Below, one piece after another: positions 31,270-36,318 of a stretch of DNA of 36,318 nucleotides (position 1 is the stretch's first letter; every line of letters begins with the position of its first letter). Origin of the DNA: Chloroflexota bacterium (GTDB taxonomy: Bacteria; Chloroflexota; Anaerolineae; JACRMK01); assembly GCA_016200765.1 (NCBI GenBank), contig JACQEC010000004.1:1-36318 (forward strand), given 5' to 3'. The notes beneath the pieces were generated by a model. The model saw nothing but the letters and a program-made list of their open reading frames with translations. It had not been told where the DNA came from and searched no databases. Both the position numbers and the translations under genes were made by a program.

Positions 31270-31965
31270 ATGCCTAGTCTCTCGGCGGTCATGCCGGCCT
31301 ACAACGAAGAAGACAACATCGCCCCGCAGGTCACCGAGCTGGTCGGGACGCTCCGTTCGCTGGTCACCGATTTTGAAGTGATTGTGGTCAACGATGGCAG
31401 TCGGGACCGCACCGGCGCACTCGTTGCCGGGCTGGGCGCGGAGTTCCCGCAGGTGCGGCTGGTTCAGCACGCGGCGAATCAAGGCTATGGAGCCGCGCTC
31501 TACTCCGGGTTTATGAGCGCCACGAAGGAATGGGTCTTCCTGACCGACTCCGACCGCCAGTTTGACCTGTCCGACCTGAACCGGCTGTTGCCCTTGAGCC
31601 GCACCGCAGACATTGTGGCCGGCTATCGCGCGCCGCGCCGCGACCCGTTGATGCGCGTGCTGAACGGCATGGGCTGGAGCGCGCTGGTAACACTGCTCTT
31701 TGGCTATATGGCCCGCGATATTGACTGCGCCTTCAAGCTCTTCAACCGCGACATCTTGCAGCACATCAAACTCGATTCACGCGGCGCCACGTTCAGCGCC
31801 GAATTCTTGATTCGCGCCAAGCGCGCCGGCTACCGCATCGTCGAGGCGCCGGTCAGCCACCGGCCGCGGCGCGCGGGCCGCGCCACCGGCGCGCGGCTGG
31901 ATGTGATCATACGCGCCTTCCGCGAACTGTTCCGCCTGCGCTGGCGGCTGTGGTTTGACAGCTGA
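31270..31965 (+). CDS. family 2 glycosyltransferase (polyprenol-phosphate glycosyltransferase-like)
   Basis: ..SAVMPAYNEEDNI.., ..VIVVNDGSRDRT.., ..NQGYGAAL.., ..LTDSDRQF.. (DXD). Start at ATG 31270 within the 31228-31965 ORF. Confidence 0.9.
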   Translation: MPSLSAVMPAYNEEDNIAPQVTELVGTLRSLVTDFEVIVVNDGSRDRTGALVAGLGAEFPQVRLVQHAANQGYGAALYSGFMSATKEWVFLTDSDRQFDLSDLNRLLPLSRTADIVAGYRAPRRDPLMRVLNGMGWSALVTLLFGYMARDIDCAFKLFNRDILQHIKLDSRGATFSAEFLIRAKRAGYRIVEAPVSHRPRRAGRATGARLDVIIRAFRELFRLRWRLWFDS

Positions 31966-31966
31966 C

Positions 31967-32032
31967 AGCTGATGGCTGATGGCCGATGGCTGATAGCGGT
32001 TGACTATCTGCTATCTGCTATTCGCTATCTGG
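31967..32032. repeat. heptamer-built palindrome (GATGGCT / TATCTGC words) between GT2 and GT4
   Basis: gatggct gatggcc gatggct gatagcg gttgac tatctgc tatctgc tattcgc tatctgg. Same word family as 13163-13290 but with the arms swapped. Confidence 0.75.
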
Positions 32033-32044
32033 AGGAAGACCATT

Positions 32045-33271
32045 TTGAAGATTTTGATGGTAGCGCCGACGTCGTTCTTCTCGTCCTACGGCTGTCACGT
32101 GCGTATTGCCGAGGAGGCCGACGCTTTACGGCGGATGGGGCATCAGGTCAAGGTAGTGACCTACCATAACGGCGGCAGTTGGAACGGCCTGCCGATTGAG
32201 CGCACGCTGTCGGTTCCGTGGCGTAAGGACACCGAGGTCGGTTCGTCGCGCCATAAACTGGCCTTCGATGCTCTGCTCGGCCTGAAGATGCTGGCGGTTG
32301 CCCTGCGCGAGCGCCCCGACGTGATTCACGCGCACCTGCACGAGGGCGCACTGCTGGGCTTCCCGGCGCATCTGCTCACCGGCGCGCCGCTGATTTTTGA
32401 CTTTCAGGGCAGTCTGACCAGCGAGATGGTGGATCACCACTTTCTGAACCCGGCCGGGGCGCTGTATCGTCCGGCGCGGCGGCTCGAAGAGGCGATCAAC
32501 AATCTTCCCAACGCGCTGATTGTGTCGTCGCAGAGAGCCGCGCGGCTGTTGCGCCGCGAGTACGGCTGTCGCAACCCGAATATCACGGTGGTGCCCGACT
32601 GCGTCAATGGGCAGTTCTTCCACCCGGACGTGCTGAGCGCAGACGAGCGGCAATCGCTGAAGGCGCGGCTGGGCATTCCCACCCATCACAAGGTGGTGGT
32701 CTCGCTTGGACTGCTGGCCGAGTATCAGGGCACCGGCCTGCTGTTGAACGCCGCGCGCGACATCGTTGCGGCACGCTCCGACGTGCATTTCCTGATCATG
32801 GGCTATCCGTCTGCGGAAATCTATCAGGCGCGCGCGGCGCAGTTGGGCATCAGCGCGTTCACCACCTTCACGGGCAAGATTCACTACAGCGAAGCGCCGC
32901 GCTATCTGGCGCTGGGTGATGTGGCGGTCGCGGCGAAGTTATCGGCGACCGAAGGGATCGGCAAGGTGCTCAACTACATGGCGATGGGACTGCCGACGGT
33001 TGCCTTTGACACCGACGTGAGCCGCGAATATCTGGCGGAGTTGGGTGTTTATGCGCGGGCCGGTGATAGCGCAGACCTGGCGCGCGCGCTGCTGGCGGCA
33101 CTGGACGACGACCCTTCGACAAGCTCAGGACGAGACCCCCAATCCGGTCGGGGGCGCGCGCTGCGGCAACGCGCCTTGCAGGATTACACCTGGGAACAAG
33201 CCGGCCGCCAAATCCTCCACGTGTATGAGAGCTGCCTTGCACAACGTTCGTCTGCTGTTTCGCTATCGTGA
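32045..33271 (+). CDS. family 4 (GT-B, GT1-type) glycosyltransferase
   Basis: GGAGGA lies 7 nt before TTG 32045, giving (M)KILMVAPTSFF... A C-terminal GT-B nucleotide-binding half is present (..GKIHY.., ..ATEGIGKVLNYMAMGLP..). ATG 32057 is the alternative start. Confidence 0.9.
   Translation: MKILMVAPTSFFSSYGCHVRIAEEADALRRMGHQVKVVTYHNGGSWNGLPIERTLSVPWRKDTEVGSSRHKLAFDALLGLKMLAVALRERPDVIHAHLHEGALLGFPAHLLTGAPLIFDFQGSLTSEMVDHHFLNPAGALYRPARRLEEAINNLPNALIVSSQRAARLLRREYGCRNPNITVVPDCVNGQFFHPDVLSADERQSLKARLGIPTHHKVVVSLGLLAEYQGTGLLLNAARDIVAARSDVHFLIMGYPSAEIYQARAAQLGISAFTTFTGKIHYSEAPRYLALGDVAVAAKLSATEGIGKVLNYMAMGLPTVAFDTDVSREYLAELGVYARAGDSADLARALLAALDDDPSTSSGRDPQSGRGRALRQRALQDYTWEQAGRQILHVYESCLAQRSSAVSLS
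33112..33134. repeat. REP-like motif, copy 3, in-frame inside the GT4 gene
   Basis: cccttcgacaagctcaggacgag is translated as ..DPSTSSGRD.. within the GT4 C-terminal region. Confidence 0.5.
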
Positions 33272-34043
33272 CCTAATCCGCAACCTCGTCGCCCGCGACC
33301 TCAAAGTCCGCTACAAGAACTCCGTGCTGGGGATTGTGTGGTCTATGCTCAACCCGCTGGGCATGATGGTCGTGTTCACGGTCGTCTTTACCGTTCTCCT
33401 GCCCAATAACGGCGTTGAGCGGTTCCCGATCTTCATCCTTTGCGGCCTGTTGCCGTGGAACTGGTTCACCGGCTCGGTCATGGGCTCGGTTTACAGCGTC
33501 GTCGGCAGCGCCTCGCTGGTCAAGCAGGTCTATTTTCCCCGCGAGGCGCTGCCCCTGTCGGTGGTGCTGGCCAATCTGGTGCACTTTTTGATCGCGCTCG
33601 TCGTGCTGTTCGTCGTGATGGCCTTTTTCCACACCTCGCTGACGGCGTGGGCGCTGTTATTGCCCGTCGTGATTGCCGTGCAATTCGTCTTCACGCTCGG
33701 CCTCGCCTTCTTCCTGTCAGCCATCAACGTTTACTATCGTGATACAGCGATGGTGCTGGATGTTCTGCTGTTGGCGTGGTTCTTCCTGACCCCTATCTTC
33801 TATTCGATGGATATCGTGCCCCAGCAGAGCGTCATCCTAGGTTACACCCTGCCCGTCCAGCGGCTGGGGTACATTCTCAACCCGATGGCCTCCTTGATCG
33901 CCTCGTACCGGGTGATCCTTTACCACGGCGGGCCGCCCGCCTTCGACTTCCTGTTGCGCACGGTGGTCACGTCGTTGGGCGCGCTGGCTCTCGGCTACCT
34001 GTTCTTCCGCCGCGCGAGCCGATCATTTGGAGAGGTCTTGTAA
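33225..34043 (+). CDS. ABC-2 type polysaccharide/teichoic-acid export permease (Wzm/TagG-like)
   Basis: N-terminus ..LFRYRDLIRNLVARDLKVRYKNSVLGIVWSMLNP.. is typical of Wzm/TagG, followed by six hydrophobic segments. ATG 33225 overlaps the GT4 3' end by 47 nt. Confidence 0.85.
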   Translation: MRAALHNVRLLFRYRDLIRNLVARDLKVRYKNSVLGIVWSMLNPLGMMVVFTVVFTVLLPNNGVERFPIFILCGLLPWNWFTGSVMGSVYSVVGSASLVKQVYFPREALPLSVVLANLVHFLIALVVLFVVMAFFHTSLTAWALLLPVVIAVQFVFTLGLAFFLSAINVYYRDTAMVLDVLLLAWFFLTPIFYSMDIVPQQSVILGYTLPVQRLGYILNPMASLIASYRVILYHGGPPAFDFLLRTVVTSLGALALGYLFFRRASRSFGEVL

Positions 34044-34049
34044 CCGGCC

Positions 34050-34679
34050 ATGCACACCATTCCCCATTACCTTGAGAAACTCCGGCAAATGCTTGACCAA
34101 CTGCCGCTTGCGCCCCTTGAGGAGTTCATCGCCATCCTGCTCTATGCGCGGGCGCATGGGAACACGGTCTTCTTCATGGGCAACGGCGGCAGCGGCTCAA
34201 CGGCCTCCCACTTTGCCACCGATCTGGGCAAGGGCACCGCGCCCGCCAGCGACACGGCAGGCGTGCCGCGCTTTAAGGTGTTCGCGCTGAACGACCCGTC
34301 GCCGACCTTCTCGGCGTATGCGAACGACATGGGCTACCAAACGGTCTTTGCGGAGCAACTGCGCGCGTGGGTCAAGCGCGGTGATATCGTCGTCGGCTTA
34401 AGCACCAGCGGCCAATCGCGCAATGTGCTGGCGGCCATGAAAGTGGCGCGGGAAGCCGGGGCGGTTTGCGTGGGCTTCACGGGCTTTGATGGGGGACAAC
34501 TGAAGGGGTCGGTGAATTTGAGCCTGCACGTGCCCGGCGGCAACGTCGGCCAGATTGAGGACGCGCACCATATCCTGATGCATCTGGTCTGCCACTGCAT
34601 CCGCGAGCACGATTCCGCCGACCCTTACCCACTGCCCGGCTGGGTTGAGGCACAGGAGTGGGGGCTGCGGGTTCGATGA
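34050..34679 (+). CDS. gmhA: SIS-domain sugar-phosphate isomerase, GmhA (sedoheptulose-7-P isomerase)-like
   Basis: ..FFMGNGGSGSTASHFATDL.., ..ANDMGY..VF..QL.., ..GDIVVGLSTSGQSRNVL.A...A...GA..VGFTG.DGG.., ..IEDAHHILMH. Confidence 0.85.
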   Translation: MHTIPHYLEKLRQMLDQLPLAPLEEFIAILLYARAHGNTVFFMGNGGSGSTASHFATDLGKGTAPASDTAGVPRFKVFALNDPSPTFSAYANDMGYQTVFAEQLRAWVKRGDIVVGLSTSGQSRNVLAAMKVAREAGAVCVGFTGFDGGQLKGSVNLSLHVPGGNVGQIEDAHHILMHLVCHCIREHDSADPYPLPGWVEAQEWGLRVR

Positions 34680-34685
34680 ACGGCA

Positions 34686-34905
34686 AAGCGTTGGCGCGTT
34701 GCGCGTTATGCGTTGCGCGTTGGCGCGGTAGGTTCACCGCCCGCAACGCGGTGACGCAGAGAACGCCGGAGAGAACTCGGAACTTCACGCCGCAAAAGCG
34801 CCAGAAGGAATCTCCGCGGCCTCTGCGTTCTCGGCGGTGAATGATTGCCTCTTCGACCGTGCACCCGTGAATGCATAACGCGCCAACGCTCAACGCGCAA
34901 CGCTT
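34686..34905. mobile_element. MITE-like foldback element, copy B (inverted relative to copy A)
   Basis: Arms aaagcgttggcgcgttgcgcgttatgcgttgcgcgtt.. and ..gcataacgcgccaacgctcaacgcgcaacgcttt. The reverse complement of the core aligns with copy A across ggcaatcattcaccgc..cttctggcgctt..gcggcgtgaagttccgagttctc..ggcgtt..gcggtgaaccta, with a few indels. Confidence 0.6.
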
Positions 34906-34919
34906 TCCCCGGGCCGTGG

Positions 34920-35600
34920 TTACAAATTGGCGTTGAAGAAAGCCAGCGTGCGGCGCCAGGCGTCCTCTGCCGCCTGCCGGCTGTAGACTTGCGGGCGCTC
35001 GTCGTTGAAGAACGCATGGTCAACGTTCGGGTAGATGTGCATTTCCGCGTGCTTGCCGCGCGAGGCCAGTTCCTTCTCCAGCGCGCGCACCACCTCCGGG
35101 CTGACGAACCCGTCCTTTTCCGCGTAGAGGCCGAGCACCGGCGCCGTCAGCCGATCAAGGTCGGGCTTGACTGCCGGGTGGCCGCCGTAGAAGATGACAC
35201 ACGCCCCCACCGCGTCCGGGTTCTTGGACGCGGCAAACAGCGAGAGCGCGCCGCCCATGCAAAACCCCACCGTGCCGACCTTCTGGCCGCCCACGCCGGG
35301 ATGTGACTGCAAGAAGTTGACGGCGCCGCGCAGGTCACGCTCGGCTTCGTCAATATTCATCGCCATCATCAGTTTGCCCGCCTCGCCCGGCTCGGTGGTC
35401 TGCTGGCCGTGATACAAGTCGGGCGCCAGCGCAACGAAGCCGGCTTTGGCGAACCGGTCGGCCACATCCTTGATGTGAGGCACAAGCCCCCACCACTCTT
35501 GAATCACGATCACGCCCTTGCCCTGGCCGCTGGCGGGCACAGCCAGGTAGCCGCCGGCCATCTTGCCATTGCTCTTGAACGACACGGTTTCTCCACTCAT
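34920..35600 (-). CDS. dienelactone hydrolase family protein
   Basis: AAGGAG lies 6 nt before ATG 35600. ..GVIVIQEWWGL..HI.DV.DRFA..GF.ALAPDLY.., nucleophile elbow GFCMGG, and C-terminal ..HAF. The longer 35705 start lacks an SD and runs through a palindrome. Confidence 0.9.
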   Translation of the reverse strand: MSGETVSFKSNGKMAGGYLAVPASGQGKGVIVIQEWWGLVPHIKDVADRFAKAGFVALAPDLYHGQQTTEPGEAGKLMMAMNIDEAERDLRGAVNFLQSHPGVGGQKVGTVGFCMGGALSLFAASKNPDAVGACVIFYGGHPAVKPDLDRLTAPVLGLYAEKDGFVSPEVVRALEKELASRGKHAEMHIYPNVDHAFFNDERPQVYSRQAAEDAWRRTLAFFNANL

Positions 35601-35644
35601 GGTTATCTCCTTGTTCAGCATAAGGTAACGGGGATTGGCGGGAT

Positions 35645-35674
35645 GGTACGGGCGCACGGCCGTGCACCCGTACC
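35645..35674. promoter_or_regulatory. 30-bp palindrome in the predicted 5' UTR of the hydrolase gene
   Basis: ggtacgggcgcacgg|ccgtgcacccgtacc (14 of 15 positions complementary) lies between the predicted promoter and the SD. It could be an operator or an RNA hairpin. Confidence 0.4.
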
Positions 35675-35695
35675 TTTCCTCAACGACGCACGCCG

Positions 35696-35724
35696 ATAAT
35701 AGCAAAACACCCGGCCAAGGTCAA
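35696..35724 (-). promoter_or_regulatory. near-consensus promoter for the dienelactone hydrolase gene
   Basis: On the minus strand: TTGACC (35724-35719), 17-nt spacer, then TGcTATTAT extended -10 (-10 at 35701-35696). Confidence 0.55.
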
Positions 35725-35786
35725 GGGCGCGAATTGTTCATTGTTCTTTCAGGGCCTCTCATAAAGTTGTTAATGACGAAGCTCGC

Positions 35787-35859
35787 TCCCGCTGGACTCC
35801 CGCTGGTCGCAAATCCAGCGGCCCCCAGTGGCGGATATGGCTATCCGCCACGAGCGAGG
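35787..35859. repeat. 73-nt structured repeat, copy B (inverted partner of 28677-28749)
   Basis: tcccgctggactcccgctggtcgcaaatccagcggcccccagtggcggatatggctatccgccacgagcgagg. There is a single mismatch to the reverse complement of copy A. Flanks on both sides are unrelated. Confidence 0.85.
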
Positions 35860-36044
35860 ATTGAGGAGTCCTGATTGCCCTTCGGCAAGATTCTTATATA
35901 GGACTGCGCGGCACCCCGACATAAACAGGCGTTTGCATTAACGGCAGATGAGAGTATCGGGCGACCTGAAACCTCGCTGTAGCCCTGCGCGTGACACTGA
36001 GTAGATAGGTATGGCCTAAACCCCGGCGACTTCATCGCTCATCC

Positions 36045-36074
36045 GTTGCGCCGCTCAGGTCGCAGGGGTATAAT
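36045..36074 (+). promoter_or_regulatory. candidate promoter for the right-edge lipoprotein gene
   Basis: TTGCGC (36045-36050), 18-nt spacer, then TATAAT (36069-36074). GGAGGG SD lies before ATG 36104. Confidence 0.4.
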
Positions 36075-36103
36075 CGAAGCGGGATCGTATGGAGGGACAA
36101 TCT

Positions 36104-36318
36104 ATGGCTCGTTTACGTATTGCATTCATGTTCTTTGGGTTGAGCCTGATTCTGGTGGCGTGCAACTTCGGCGCGGCCGGCCCGAGCGCGCCTTGCTCGG
36201 TCACCGTCTCGAAGCAAGCGGCGGATCGCCTGATTCAGAAAATCCGCGCGGAGTTTGGCCCGCCCGGTAAGAGTATCACCGTGAAGGCCACGGATGAGGA
36301 GGTCAGTTCTCTGTTCAC
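36104..36318 (+). CDS. lipoprotein, 5' part (runs off the right edge; absent from the ORF track)
   Basis: ATG 36104 lies 7 nt after GGAGGG. It translates without stops to the window end: MARLRIAFMFFGLSLILVACNFGAAGPS.. (lipobox LVAC). Confidence 0.6.
   Translation, partial: MARLRIAFMFFGLSLILVACNFGAAGPSAPCSVTVSKQAADRLIQKIRAEFGPPGKSITVKATDEEVSSLF

Noticed and set aside
34920-35705. Longer 261-aa version of the dienelactone hydrolase ORF
   Set aside because: The extension has no SD, would be translated through the 30-bp palindrome, and would start upstream of the -10 box of the predicted promoter. ATG 35600 has a perfect AAGGAG.

Overview
High-GC (roughly two-thirds G+C by eye) bacterial chromosomal segment. 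The style suggests a monoderm, Chloroflexota-like organism: Pro/Thr-rich linkers, an LPXTG-type sorting signal, leaderless-type promoters and abundant short palindromic intergenic repeats. This taxonomic call is inference only. I support about 35 protein genes. They include an orphan but intact terS-like/terL packaging pair next to a low-GC ORF, a stand-alone PEP-synthase-type ATP-grasp domain, and several secreted or lipoproteins. Among these are a PSCyt1-type CXXCH lipoprotein, an LPKSG-anchored protein, a 930-aa TolB/SpoIID/FN3 fusion and a 14-blade RCC1 protein. Further along are a YabE/RpfB-like gene with rsmA, a class V aminotransferase, and a ferric-reductase/ApbE cluster beside an OmpR/HK pair. 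A REC-sensor-HAMP-cyclase gene is followed by two paralogous giant Thr/Pro-repeat proteins. The window ends with an M50-HD-TyrA trio, a 4-gene glycan cassette (GT2, GT4, Wzm-like permease, GmhA-like isomerase) and a dienelactone hydrolase. RNA genes are tRNA-Ser(GGA) immediately followed by an SRP (4.5S-type) RNA that the ORF track does not show. The least ordinary content is non-coding. It comprises families of mostly heptamer-built palindromes in intergenic gaps, a ~240-bp MITE-like foldback element present twice in opposite orientation bracketing the glycan cassette, and a 73-nt inverted repeat pair (72/73 identical) bracketing a 7-kb block. A short REP-like motif also coincides with the 5' truncation of one Thr/Pro-repeat gene and sits in-frame inside the GT4 gene. 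No CRISPR array, rRNA, transposase or integrase was seen. All functional calls rest on motifs read by eye; no database search was possible.
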